This document shows, piece by piece, positions 37,701-52,700 of a DNA stretch of 64,000 nt. This DNA is from Azolla caroliniana (lineage: Eukaryota; Plantae; Polypodiophyta): NCBI GenBank assembly GCA_043228905.1, contig JBHGNT010000014.1:248001-312000 (forward strand). The letters run 5' to 3'. Every line of letters begins with the position of its first letter. The stretch's first letter is position 1. The translations under genes were made by a program, and so were the position numbers. Below the pieces are notes generated by a model that worked only from the letters and a program-made list of their open reading frames with translations, did not search any database and was not told the DNA's origin.

Positions 37701-40700
37701 GCTTCTATATAAGCATCCCATGTTATGCGTTTTAACATATCTGGTACTTGTGGAGTACAAATAAAACAATGAATGAAAATTTCGGGCATTGCACCTATCC
37801 CATAAAGATATCCAAATGGGCTCCTATGACGACAAATTTCTATTGCCTTACCTATTGAACCCCCAGAGATGGTAATGCAAGTAAGACAAATATTATGGAG
37901 ATAATAAATAAATCAGGTTACTATATGCCAGTGGGTATGTTCATTGTAATGACAAAACTAAGGATATTAGCACAAATGAGATAAGACCAGCTAGGCTGCT
38001 CAAGCATACATAAATATAGCAAAAAAGCAAGTAATCAATGTAAATCAGAGCACAACAAAAACAAGATGTGAGCCTATTCAAAACCATAAATCGGGCCAAT
38101 CAGAATCAACCTTTATGGCATGGCCAGCAGCAGAAATAAAGAAACATTTAAATTTTTTAAAAGAAATATATGCATAACAATAACAATTGAGATTACACAA
38201 TAATATATTTTAATGCTTCTATATAAGCATCCCATGTTATGCGTTTTAACATATCTGGTACTTGTGGAGTACAAATAAAACAATGAATGAAAATTTCGGG
38301 CATTGCACCTATCCCATAAAGATATCCAAATGGGCTCCTATGACGACAAATTTCTATTGCCTTACCTATTGAACCCCCAGAGATGGTAATGCAAGTAAGA
38401 CAAATATTATGGAGATAATAAATAAATCAGGTTACTATATGCCAGTGGGTATGTTCATTGTAATGACAAAACTAAGGATATTAGCACAAATGAGATAAGA
38501 CCAGCTAGGCTGCTCAAGCATACATAAATATAGCAAAAAAGCAAGTAATCAATGTAAATCAGAGCACAACAAAAACAAGATGTGAGCCTATTCAAAACCA
38601 TAAATCGGGCCAATCAGAATCAACCTTTATGGCATGGCCAGCAGCAGAAATAAAGAAACATTTAAATTTTTTAAAAGAAATATATGCATAACAATAACAA
38701 TTGAGATTACACAATAATATATTTTAATGCTTCTATATAAGCATCCCATGTTATGCGTTTTAACATATCTGGTACTTGTGGAGTACAAATAAAACAATGA
38801 ATGAAAATTTCGGGCATTGCACCTATCCCATAAAGATATCCAAATGGGCTCCTATGACGACAAATTTCTATTGCCTTACCTATTGAACCCCCAGAGATGG
38901 TAATGCAAGTAAGACAAATATTATGGAGATAATAAATAAATCAGGTTACTATATGCCAGTGGGTATGTTCATTGTAATGACAAAACTAAGGATATTAGCA
39001 CAAATGAGATAAGACCAGCTAGGCTGCTCAAGCATACATAAATATAGCAAAAAAGCAAGTAATCAATGTAAATCAGAGCACAACAAAAACAAGATGTGAG
39101 CCTATTCAAAACCATAAATCGGGCCAATCAGAATCAACCTTTATGGCATGGCCAGCAGCAGAAATAAAGAAACATTTAAATTTTTTAAAAGAAATATATG
39201 CATAACAATAACAATTGAGATTACACAATAATATATTTTAATGAGAGCTTAATGCTCTGATATACTCTACCTATGGTGGACTCTCGAGAGTCCAATCATG
39301 GTTCAAAATTAATTACAATAACATGAGTGATGTGATAGGTAGCAGATGAGAAGAGGTGACTTTATATAGGGACAACATGGAAGTTTCATTGGCTCCTCAT
39401 AAAGGATAATAAAATTAGGGATGGTCACATGTTGGACATATGCAACACTAGTTTTCCAATGACGAGCAACAGCACAGATGATGCGAAACATTTTGACAAA
39501 TAGATTTGTGTAGTAAGCACAGCACCGATAGAAGAAAATGGGGTTTTCATATTTTATCATGAAGCACTATCTCGAATTTTTGGTTTACCATTTTGGCCTA
39601 ATTATGAAGATTTGATTATACAAATAACAAAAACATATAATAAAAATCCTCATGAATACCAAGTTACCTTATTCCAAAACTTGTCATTGTTATAAGGACA
39701 GTTTGTCCATCCCAAGGAATATTCCATTTTACAAAAAAATTTGAATTTGTGTCTGTGATATCCTGCATTCGATAAGAATTTGTTCAGAAAATTGAGAATC
39801 TTATTAGACATCTAGCTAACAACCGTTTATTTATTGCCTTCGGTAGCTCACAACACTAAAATAAACTTCTGGATATAAAGCAGTTACGTAGATAGAAAAA
39901 AGGAGCGCTCCAGATATAGAAGTTGGGCAAATAGAGTAAATGTGTAAGGTGCCATGGAGTTAAAGGCAAGTCTCCAAAACCTATAAAATAACCCATATTA
40001 ATCAACTGATTTCAGGTTATATTTATCTAGTTGACTAATGTTCTTTACATGCTAAAAATGCAAGAAGTAAGAGATATTCATCCTCCATCATTGCATAACT
40101 TGCAAATCTTCATACTTGGGGTGATGATACCATGATGCTACCTCAATTTGCCATCTTCTAAACCATTTCATAATGCCAAGCATCCAACCATATGAGAGGA
40201 ATTTGCTATTATTAGTTTTTTTGTACCTTGCATCCTATGTTCCAAGCCTGTTTTGGCAAGCTGGTAACAACCATATTCTTCACCTTCATGATATACGTGT
40301 ATACTCTTTGCATGGCTAGCCCCATTATGGACCAAGCACCTGTTTCTAATAGCATGACAAGATAGGATGTTGACAATTTAACTCCCAATTGTCTATGTAA
40401 GAACAATTTTTGAATTTTCCCTATTTCATTCCATGCTGTTACCCGGCCGGCAAGAAGGCTTAAGGAGATCCAAACCAGAGTGTGAAAGGAATAGTTTATT
40501 CGGGAACTGTTGTAATTAGTAGTCTTAATATATATTAATATATGAGAAGATGTGGACGGACGGACCGGAATCGGTATGCCGATCCGGGTCCGAACCGATC
40601 CCGAAAAGGTGCCGGTTGGCACCGTTTTGTACTTCGCACCGGAGACCTATATAAAGGCCCGGTTACAATGTAATCGACAGCGGATAATTAATAGTACTTA

Positions 40701-43700
40701 TTGCCTTAATCTTTATTGATTACCGTTCTGTACTCATTGTTATATCTTACGCGTGTTAATGATGTGTTGCTAAATAACCTATTAAGGTCTAATTAAGTGT
40801 TGTGTCGCAAGTCATTCTGCCGTAACACCCTTTGGTGAAGTGTCTTAAGTGGACACCCTGTGTTAGGCTGTTGTCCGGCCCTAGGATTAACACATGCACT
40901 AAGTGAGAGTTCCACTCCACACTTCCACTCCATAAAGCAACATTTCAAACACCATGACATTGAATAAGAATAATCTCAATTGGAACATCATACTATCACT
41001 TTGGTTGTACATTGATTCTCAACATATAGTAACTGTTCCAACCCATTTGAAGTCTAGACTTAATAGCATACATACACCTATTTGTCGATGGGACATTAAT
41101 ACCAAGATATTTGAAGCTTTGCACTACTTTTATTGGATCTACCTTGTATGTGAAAGTGGGGTAGTGTCTTGGCTGTATTGTTTTTATTGCCATCATTTTA
41201 ATTTTGCCCATGTTAAAAAATTGTCCTGCTGATCTAACAAAATGTTTCTATTACAAAAAGTCAGTTTTGCATATCATCCAAAGTATATGAGAGTAGCAAA
41301 ACATCATCAGCATAGAGGAGTGTAAACTAAGCTCTTGCACGAGTTTCAAGCCATCTAATCCTTCCTCTTTTGCAACCTTGTTTACCATTTCTTCTAGCTT
41401 ATTGATGCATATAGACCAAAAAGTATGGGAGAAAGTGGACACCTTTCACCCATCTTGCTCAAGAAGTACTTTGAAAAACCACTATCCATTTCCAATCGGC
41501 ATCTACCTTGCTCATACAATCATGCTACAACTGCTCTACACTCTACTAGCATTCTGATCTCTGTCTCTTTTCCAAAGCTCACTCCTTCACAAAATGTCAA
41601 AGGTTTTCTGAAGTCCACAAAATAACAATCTAAGGTTTTTCCTTGAAGTTGATTTTCTTCCATAATTACTCTTAGTGTAACCAAATGATCAACAATGGAA
41701 TGCTTTGGTCTAATGCCTAGTTGACCAAGTGCTCATCTGTGATGTTCAGCCTATGAACTAATCTATTCTCCCATGATAGTGCTATATAACTTGGCCATAA
41801 CCGAGCTAACCATGATAGTTCAATAGTTACATACCAGATTTTTATTTTCTCCTTTATGGATTGATTTAATCCTATTCATGAGCTTGCTTGATAGCTTGAT
41901 CCATGATAGTTGGTATCCATTGGTGACTTTGTGATCTTGTCCATTTCAAGAGTGCTCTTGTCAATGAAGTCGCATCCTTTGCTTTGCTATTAGAATATTT
42001 GTTGCCCCTATAAACATCTTCAATATGCACACATGCATTATATCATGCATGTAAAGGTATGTACATATTACTCCATCTCTTCATCACTAAATTTGCCAAT
42101 TATATCTACCTTTTTGCCCTTGAGTTGGACTTTAAACATTTGCAATTTCTTCCTTTCTTCGATTTTGATACAATGTTAGAACATTTTTATCTTTTGCAAG
42201 CTTGAATGCTTTGAGATGAGCCTTGCAACTTCATCGAACCAAGTATTCTGTAGGAAACTAAGTATTTGATGTCCACCCACACTTGCAATGAGCTATTAAT
42301 ACCCCACCTTTAAATGACATTCTTCAATTGCTCCCAATTTGTTCACATCTTTACTAAGGGACAAGTGCATGACATGGCTCTTAACCTCATTTGCATATAG
42401 ATTACCTTTTTGATAGCAAGATAGCATAATGGACATCTTCTCCTTTTGTACTCTAATGCATTTCAATGTATGACGTTGTGGTTGGAATGTGCAAGTATAA
42501 GGAGCTCGTGGTCTGAATCAAGTGAATACAAGGCCTCATGGTATGATATATTCAAAGCCCCGATGGTAGATACAAGCCACTCTTACTAGCCCAATATTAC
42601 CATATCGACTTTATGATGCAGCCATCAATATAAGGTGTAAGCTTGACTTCAAGTTCCCAAGTTTCAACCAAAAATGTGATATCCATACCTTGAGCTACAT
42701 CACTTGATCACGAGAATTTATTCCATGGATATCCTCTACAATTCCAATACATCGTTTTCAAAATTGAGCCAATACCATAAATCATCGCTTGCTATGCATT
42801 GCATTTTTTTTCAGGCAACATAGGCTTGCCTTCTTCCTTTTATCTCCTTTGGGGTTCAATCTTCAGTTACAAAGAAATTCGTACCTTTTTGTTAATACTT
42901 GCAACAATCCAAAATGCTAATGCTTTACCTATCATCTAAGATTCTGCAAACAATGCCTCAACATGATACTCCATCTAGCCTCTTCCAACCACCTCTATGC
43001 GCTCCATATACAATAATGCCATGCATAGCAAAACAGTCTTCAGATAGTTTCTTGATGTTTCTAGCAAGGGAGAGTGCATTCTCTGATTCTTCTTCTTGCA
43101 TCTCTCTAATAACAACACTTTGCTTCCTTTTCTCTCTTTCATATGGCTCTTTGGCATCTAATGCATCCTTTGAAGTGGATTCAAGTGTACTTACTTCATT
43201 AATATTTTCTTTTGGTGTCTTCTTAATGAGAACATCTCTCCATTTCGTAATGATTTCGTATTCTTTTGCCACAAGGCTATATTGCATTTCAATATTTGCT
43301 TTTAATTGGTGATTCTTTCTTGACTTATAAGATTGTCATTTGCTCTCTAGTTCGGGCCTCCAAGTATCTTGAATTTGCTTTGCCATTTTCTTCATAGCAA
43401 GTAATTCCTAATATTTAATCTCCATTTATTGTGAATCCACCACATGTTGAAGCATCATTTTCCTCTCATTACAAGCATGTACTTCATTTTGCAGTTTTAT
43501 CATTGTCTCTTGTAAAGACATACACATATTTGCAATTGGCTCAATGGATAATGAGCGTGAATCCACCAGAATTTTCCAACACATCACCAATAACCTTTGA
43601 TACCCTTTGATCCATGCTTGACACTATCTCAAATTTCTATGAGCAATGTTTGGCATATGATCCGTCAATGTCTCGATTCTGATTGAGCTTGTCTTACTCA

Positions 43701-46700
43701 TATCTTTTATCTCACATGTCTGAATGAAGCATACAAGCACTCATAAACAACCATCTCGATTTTTAGTTTTAGATGCTTGATTCGCACTCAATGCTTGAGA
43801 AAAGAGACAGAGAGAGATAGATAAATAGATAGATAGATAGACATTTTTAGTGTCCATGGAGAAGCCAATATTGACTTTTTAGCATCTTTCCACTTCTTCC
43901 TTAGTGGTTCCATTAATCTTTCCTCAATAACTACATATTTCATAGCATCACTTGAAAGCTCTAAGAGATCTTTCACGTTCCATCTTTTGAACCATTTTTT
44001 GATGTCAACTACCTAACCAGATGAGAGAATTTTGCTCTTGTGATTCTTTTGTAGTTTGCATCCAACATTTCAAGCAAGATCTAGTAATCTATGATTTGGC
44101 ATATTCTTGACTTTTGTAATGTATTTATATACTCTTTGTAGCCCCAATACCTCTCTAGTTCAAATACATGGTTCCAAGAGCATAACTTGATAAGAGGTGG
44201 TGAATTTAACTCCCAATTGTCTCCTTAAAGACATCTTTTGAATCTCCTCATTTCATTCCATGCATTAAGAGATATAGTATGCATATCTCATTGCAAGAGA
44301 CAATGATGCATATGCAAAGTGAAATGTATGCCTATAAAGAGAGAGAATTAACTATTCAACATATAACGGAAACGCAAAAGTTAGAGATTAAAGCTTTGCA
44401 TGAAGAACTACATGCGATGAATAACATGACTGTGCAAATTCAATATAATCGGATGCCTGAAATAGAAAGAAAAATGTTGAGTCTTGAAGTAGAAAAAGAG
44501 ATTTTAATGAAGGCAAATGCTCAAATAAAATCTACACTTGAAGGGAAGAAAGAAAGAAAGATATATTAACGTCTTTTAAGAGGCCAAAATGGCCTATAAG
44601 ACCGAATACGAGATTACATCTTAAATGTTTTCTCGTCTTTGAGAACAAATCAAAATAAAGTAAATATAAAAGTAAATAAGATGAAAAGAAAAGAGGCGAG
44701 AGAAACTGGTTTTTGGCACATGCGAGATTCTCAAGTTAGGTATATTGTAGCTTTTGTCTCCGAAAGATCTTTATCATAGGTCGATCCTGAATGGAAATGT
44801 CTCTGAAGCGAGGGAAGCACCTACGATGGCGGGAGATAATGGCTTTTATTTGTCGATGACAAGGGTGTCGAGGTCGTGGTCCATGGGGCTGGGGCCTACG
44901 TGCAAGGCAAATTGCCATTGCCCGATCAATCGTAACCCCTTTGTTATATCCTGGTCTGGATCCCATTTCTGTATCCTGGGGTTGACTTCTAGCATTAGGA
45001 GTGATCGAGCTAAAGAAAGTTGTGATTGTTCTTTGTGGATTAGCTTGTGTGGTTATATTCTTCAACAACTTTTCCCGATGTCTCTTGAGCTCGAGCAAGA
45101 AAAGTCCTAGGCATCTTTGGTCCTCATATTCCATTACCTTGCGTAGTGGGCCAAAGCCTTGTTTAAAGAGGCAATGGTATTTCCCTCTAATTTCATAAAA
45201 GACACTACAATGACAAACATAGTGTTCTTCAGATTCCACTCCTTGATGACACAATTGGCAAATTCTCTCTTCTAGAGGTAGTCGTGTATATCTACCCACC
45301 TCAATCTGTAGCTGATGTGATGAGGTTCGCAGCTGCCCTATCATACTACGCAGCGCATAGGATAGATGTATGTCCATATAAGGTGGCCTTATGACAAATC
45401 CATCCTCCGATGTATGTAAGAAGTGTCTTATAGTGGGCCATCTTTGTACCAAGTGGTATTTTGGGGCTGATCCATGTTATCTTGTTTTCTAAGTTAATAA
45501 TATCAGTTCGGATCACTCTATTCTTTTCCACTTTGGTCATATTGAGATGGGGACAGTCCAAGCTATATTGGAACGGGGGTAGTGCATTTATACTCATGCC
45601 ATGTGACTCGAACCATTGCTGCATTTCAGCATACCAACAATGAGTGTCTCCATTTTCAGCCAGTTGTCTTGATGACATAAGTGCCAACCTTGGGTACCTT
45701 CGTTTAGGGAGCTCCCAAAGACATTGGATAAATGTCACTGATCGGAACAATGCCTCGGTTATTATAGGTGCTGCTCCCATCTCTACCCGGATTATATCGT
45801 GGGGCACCGATGCTTTGCTCCTTATCATTCGAGCAATCATTGACACTAAAGGTCTCTCTAAAGATGCGATCATGACAAGGTGAAAAGATGTTCTTTTGAA
45901 AGAAACACCAAAAATCACGCAAATGCATTCTAATACCATGAATGGTTTAGATGCAAAGGAGCAATATGAAATTGGAAGGAAGATGCGATCATGACAAGGT
46001 GAAAAGATGTTCTTTTGAAAGAAACACCAAAAATCACGCAAATGCATTCTAATATCATGAATGGTTTAGATGCAAAGGAGCAATATGAAATTGGAAAAAG
46101 AAAGAATAATATTGTTATTAGAGGTATGCAAGAGAATGAAACAAAGAATGCTTTATCTCTTGCAAAGAATAATACGAAATTCTTTGACGATCACTTTGTT
46201 ATGCGAGATGTTATTGTATATGCCGCACATAGGGTTAGCAAAAAGCAACTAGAGGGAAAGTCGTCTCGAGCTATTGTTTGTACAATCCTAGATGAACGTA
46301 AAAGGGCTATCATTCTAGATAATAGTAAGGTGTACTTAAAAGAGACAAGTTTCGTTGCAACGGAGGATAGAACTCCACAAGAGCAAGAGCGTAGAAGACA
46401 AGCATCATATGCATCTAGGAAAGCAGATCAAAATGCGTAGCAAGCAATGACCTATGGAACTATAAATACTTCAAGATTAAAAGAAATTTTTTGGAATTGT
46501 ATGAGAAAATCCATGGAAAAAGGATTTAGGACTCAATGATGTAGCTCAAGGTATGGATATTATATTTTTGGCTGAAACATGGGAACATGAAGCAAAACAT
46601 ATACCTAAGATAGATGGTTACCTCATAAAATCGATATGGCCGAGATAGAATGTATCTACCATGAGAGCTTAGATAATTCTATTAAAGTATGCAAATATGA

Positions 46701-49700
46701 TGACTATAAGAGATACACATGGATAGAGGTTAATTTGGGGAAAGATAAGCTCTACATAGTTGCATGATAAATTCCTCACAAAAACTCAAACGACTATAGT
46801 AGGTTTCAGTTAGATTGTGATGATCCTTTCACAGAATTATGTTATGATATACTTTCATTTGAGAAGCTAGGGAAAGTGTTAATTATGGGATTTTTCAATG
46901 CAAGAGTTGGAAATTTCTAAAATGTGGAGAAATTTGAAGAAAATGTAGAACGTTGTCTATTACGTGTCTCAAAGGATTGTGTCATGTAAGATTATAGAAA
47001 ACTTTTAATACATATGCTAAATTGCACAAACTTGATTATCTTAAATGGTATAAAGGCATTCCCCCTATACAAATGTACTCACATGTTTACCATCCTTGGG
47101 TGGAGGAAGTGTGGTTGATTACGCATTGACGTCGGCATGTGATCTATCTTGGTGAATGTGTTTAAAGTTGGTCTTCTATCTCTAAACTCGGACCATAAGC
47201 CATTGTCCTCAGAGCTTACAATTCCACATTTCATCAATAGATGCCATGGAGTGAAAGAGGAAAAGAGATGTATCATTTGTCCTTGTTACAAAAAAGCTAA
47301 GATGTATGCGACTAAAGTGGAGAACCATTTGTAAATTTTTCTCTAAGCAACGATGTTAAAGGAAATTGGCAACATTTGAAGGATATCGTCCTTCACATTG
47401 GATATCATTACTTTAAGTGGCATGTTGGTGAACATAAGATGTCTAGTTTTCTATGTAATCCTTGGTTCGATGATGAATGTAAGATGTATCTCAAATGGTT
47501 TAAGTCTATAGAAGGGGAAAATGAAAGGATTGTTGCATGGCACCTATATAAGAAGGTAGTGAGGAGAAAGAAAAGAAGATATTTCCAAATGCAAGAGATG
47601 TGAAAGGTCACTTTACAAATGAAGAGATGCTAGAATATGTACAAAGGCTATATATGCATGAAGGTGTGGCTCCTATGGGTGAAAACATTGAAACACCATG
47701 CAATACATGTATCGATATTGATGATGTCAATAAGGGAGTAGGGAAGATGGCGAGTGGGAAAGCAACATATATAACCTACGTTTCAAGTGAGCTTTTAAAA
47801 TGGACAAGGCCACATACTCGTCATTGGATAATGACAACTATAGAGCAAGCTATAAAACAAGGTTTTCCAAATGACTGGCCTGTGAATTAGATTAAATCAA
47901 TATTTAAAGTCGGAGATAAAAATCAAGTGCCAAATTATTGTATACTAATGGTGAGCTCAACTATTGCTAAATTATATAGCACTATTACGGAGCAAAAGAT
48001 AAGCACATGGGCTGAAAGTACAAGCAAAAGAGCACTTGGGCACTCCACTGTGGATCATTTGGTCACATTGAGAGTAATCATGGAAGAGAGTGACTACAAG
48101 GAAAAACACTTGTTGTTTTGTTGATTTCAAGAAAGCTTTTGATACCATACCACAAAGTGAGCTTTGGAATAGAATGGTAGAGATTGACATGCCATTGAAG
48201 TACCGAGTTGTTGTTGCACGCCTACATGAACAAGTTAAATGCCAACTAAAAATGGATAGTGGATTCTCAAAGCAATTTTTAAGTAACATGGGGATCAAGC
48301 AAGGATGTCCACTATCACCCACGCTCTTTGGCTTATGTATTGATAAATTAGAAAAAGTGGTGAATAAGGTTGCACGAGTAGAAGGATTGAATGCCCACAA
48401 ATTGATGCAACATGTTAGCTTATATTGCTTTTATATGTAGATGATGTGGTACTCTTCTCATACGATGTTGATAGTATGAAACATTTACTTGGGGTATTAG
48501 AAGAATTTTGCCATAGTAGTGGACTCGCAGTGAATGTGGGGAAAAAAAAAAGATGATGGCAATGCAAACCATTCAACCCCATCATTACCCAATGCTCACA
48601 TATAGAGGTGAACATATCAATTTGTACGAAGCTTTAAATGTCTTGGTATTGATGTACCCACCACAAATAAATGGTGTATATTTTGATTCTAGGCTTCAAG
48701 CTGGTTGGAAATCGTATTACCTTTTGGAGAACCAATGCAACCAAAGTGATACTTGTGGATGGGAAGTAAAAATATTGTTGTTCAATGCCATGGTAACTCA
48801 AGTATTGTTTTATGGGGTAGAAGTATGGGGTGGCATCATCTCTATTGATGCATGGAATGAGATTGAGAAAATTCAAAAGATATTTTTAAAGAGGCAATTA
48901 GGAGTTAAATGCGCTACCTCTTACCAAGTTATGTTCTTGGAAACAAGTGTTTGGCCCATAGAGATATTGGCACTCCAAAAAGTATATAGATACATTACAA
49001 AAGTCAAGAATATGCCGAATCATCGATGACCACATCTTGCTTGGAATGTTGGATGTAAGCTACAAAAGAATCATAAGAACACAATTACGTCATCTAGTTG
49101 GATTGTTGACATAAGAAAATGGTTCAAAAAATGGGGTGTGGATGATCTTTTAGAGTTTCCGGGCAATGTTATGCATTATGTAATGATTGAGGAAAGGTTG
49201 GTGGAATTATTAATGATGAAGTGGGAAGATGCTAGGAGGACAAGGTTAGAATACTACATTGCAAATGTCAACCCTAAATGTTGGTCTCAATATAAGGCAA
49301 GAATGCCTATTGATCGTATCCAACCTTATCTCATTACTGATATGAGTAGTAATGCTCGTAGAGCCCTCACACTACTTCGCACTCGATCTCACAGGTTAGG
49401 TATCGAAGTTGCATCATGGTATCAAAATGTAACAAATTTGAAGGCATGTAAAGTATGCAATGAAGGCATGGTAGAGGATGAATGTCACTTGCTCTTCACA
49501 TCCTCGACATACAATGCAATTCGTTCAAGATATAATGACATATTAAGAGGGAGTGATAACTTAAGTGCCATACTTAAGACATCACCTAGAAGGTTGAGCT
49601 CATATGTGTATGCCTTATTCACGTATAGAAACTTTGTGCTTCAATGTATGAATACCCCTTTTCAGGAAGGAGACACATATCAAGAACACATGTATACTTT

Positions 49701-52700
49701 GGTCCCATAAGTCAAAACTGGCCTCTTTATGGACGATAAAAAAAATTCTAAATATAGTTTGAGATATTTCGTACTTCCCTCATCAAACCAAGAATTACAT
49801 GGGAGACTAGATCTTTTATGTCTACCAACACACGTTCGAAAGTGTTGATATCCTACCTCAAGGATGACATCTTTCAAATATTTCCAATTTTCTTTAACAT
49901 CATAACCTAAAGAGAGTTTTGACAAATGGTTCTCAACTTCTTTTGCATATATCAAAGTTTTATTGTAACAAGGTTGAATGATGTATCTTCTTTCCCCTTT
50001 CACTTTACTACATTTGTTGATAGAGTGTAAAAGTAGAAGGTCCAAGCACAAGGGCTTATGGTCTGAATCCAAGGATAGAGGACCAATCTTAAATGCATTC
50101 ACCATGGATAGATCACATGTCTTCATAAATGCAAAATCTACGGAAAAACACTTATACCATATAAGACAATCAAGTTTATGCAATCAATCATATGTATAAA
50201 GATTCTTCAATAATCTATCACAATACAATCATTTGAGTCACATAATAGGCAACGACCCACTATATTTTCTTCCGATATCTCCATATTTTGGTATTTTCCA
50301 ACTCTAGCATCTAAGTTTCCCATAATCAACACTTTACCAAGCTTCTCAAAGACAAACGTGTCATGACATAAATCTATGGAAGGATCATCACGTTTCAACC
50401 CAAATCTACTATAGTAGTTTGATTATTTACGAGGAATGTAGCATGCGGCAATGTAGAGGTTCTCTTTGCCCAAATTAATCTCTATCCACAGGTATCGCCT
50501 ATAATCATCATACTTACATAATCTTATATAATTATCCAATCTCTCATAATAAATACATGTTATCCCTACACATTCAATATTCCCTTCAGAATGAGGCCAT
50601 ATCGATTTTATAAAGTAGCCCTATCTTAGGTATGCGTTTTGCATCATGTTCCCAATTTTTAACCAAAATTATAACATCAATACCTTGCACTACATCACTT
50701 AGTCCTAACCCCTTATCCATAGATATCCTCTACAATTCCAAAACATGATTCTCAAAATTGAGGTATTTTTAGTTCCATGGGTCATCACTTTAAATTCCTT
50801 CCGTAGATGCATATGCTTGCCTTATAAATTCTTGCTCTTTTGGAGTTTGATCCTTTATTATAAAGAAACGTGTACCGTTGAGATACACCCTACTACTATC
50901 TAAGATGATAGTTCTTTTGCATTCATCTAGGATTCTACAAACAATAGCTCGGCAAAATCTTCCTTCTAACCTTTTATTACCAACCCTATGTGTGGCATAT
51001 ACATTAACATCTTGCATAGAAAAACAATCTTCAAACAATTTTGTAATATTCTCTACAAGAGGAAGTGCATTCTCGGATTAATCCTCAAGCATGCCTCTAA
51101 TAACAACATTATTCTTTCAATTTCAATTTCTTATTGCTCTTTTGCATCTTGTACATTTTTAGTGTTAGAATTCATTGCAAGATTATCATGTATTGGGGTC
51201 TTTGTTGCTTCTCTTGGGAGCACATCTTTCTGTCCACTTTGTCATGATCGCATCTTCCTTTCCTTCAAGTGTAGATTTCATTTCAACATTTGTCTTCATT
51301 AGCATCTCTTTTTCTGCTTCTAGATGTAACATTTTTCTTTCATGTTTAGGCATCCGATTTTTCATTGCATCTAGTTTCTCTTTCAAACTTCACATCTCTA
51401 TATTTTGAATCTCCATTGCATGTTGAAGATTTAATTCTCTTTTTTTACAAGCATGTATTTTGTTTTGCAAATTCATAATTGTTTCTTGCATCGATATATA
51501 CATGGCCGCTAGTTTCTCAATGGATAGATTACGCACATCTTTCTTTGGGCTTTCATTTACATCATCAATAGCTCATATACCCCTTAGCATATTTACTACT
51601 AATGAATAGAAAAGTAAAGGAGAATGTACCTTGTAGTCGTCAAGCTAGGGTTACAAAAATTAACCTTCCATCTATGATTTGAAGGAACTTCAAGGCCAAG
51701 GTATTTAAAGCTTTCCACAATTTCCACAGAGAAAGAAAGATATATTAACGACTTTTACGAGGCCAAAATGGCCTATAAGACCAAATAAGAGATTACATCT
51801 TAAGTGTTGTCTCATCTTTGAGAACAACCAATCAACAAATCAAAATAAAATCAATATTACTCCGTAAATATAAAAGTAAATAAGATCAAAAGTGACGAGG
51901 GAAACTGGTTTTCGGCACATGTGAGATTCTCAAGTTAGATGTACTGTAACTTTTGTCTTTGAAAGATCTCTAGCATAGGTCGATCCAAAATAGAAAGGTC
52001 TCCGAAGCGAGGGAAGCACCTACAATGGCAGGAGATAATGGCTTTTACCTATCGATGACACAGGTGTTGAGGTCGTGGTCCTTGGGGCCAGGGCCTACGC
52101 GCAAAGAGAAAAGAATATGGCTGAAGGAGAAGAATCCACAAATCCAAACAAATATGTAGAACATATCAGTGGCAGAAGGATGTAGCTCTATTTACACGCA
52201 AGGTATTTATATAAACTCTCCGAAGGGTTTTCTTGATTTGGCTGAAGAGGTAGGCTGGGATCTATATGAAAAGGTAGGGAGGATTCTTGCAATGGTAGCC
52301 ACTAGGCCAATGTGACTGAGAAAAGTTGAAAATGGACCTGAAAGGTTGTAAATTGTAACATCTTGGGGAAGACCATACACAACTCTGTGTAGCCTATAAA
52401 CACAACGCTCCTTATCATGGACAAAAAGATCAGGTGGCTGATCAAAATAGAACAAGGTTTCCATTCATGAAGGTGTTGTTCACATACATATGAAAGCGAG
52501 GCCACCCATGAAGACCAGCAAGATCAAAGACTACTGATTATTATTAATCAAGCTGTTGGTGCATAGGTTTCATAAAAATGGATATCAACTCTTACCACTA
52601 TAGACTGAGCATCAGGATTAGAAAAGAGAAAGACTTTGGATTTCAAAAGCCTCAGATTTTTGCTTAAGAGAGAACACACCCCAGAACCTGCTAAAGTTGT

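Noticed and set aside
35127-39243. CRISPR array or RNA-gene (5S/snRNA) cluster
   Set aside because: No spacers, the units are full-length identical, no recognisable RNA gene motifs, and the context is a eukaryotic intron.
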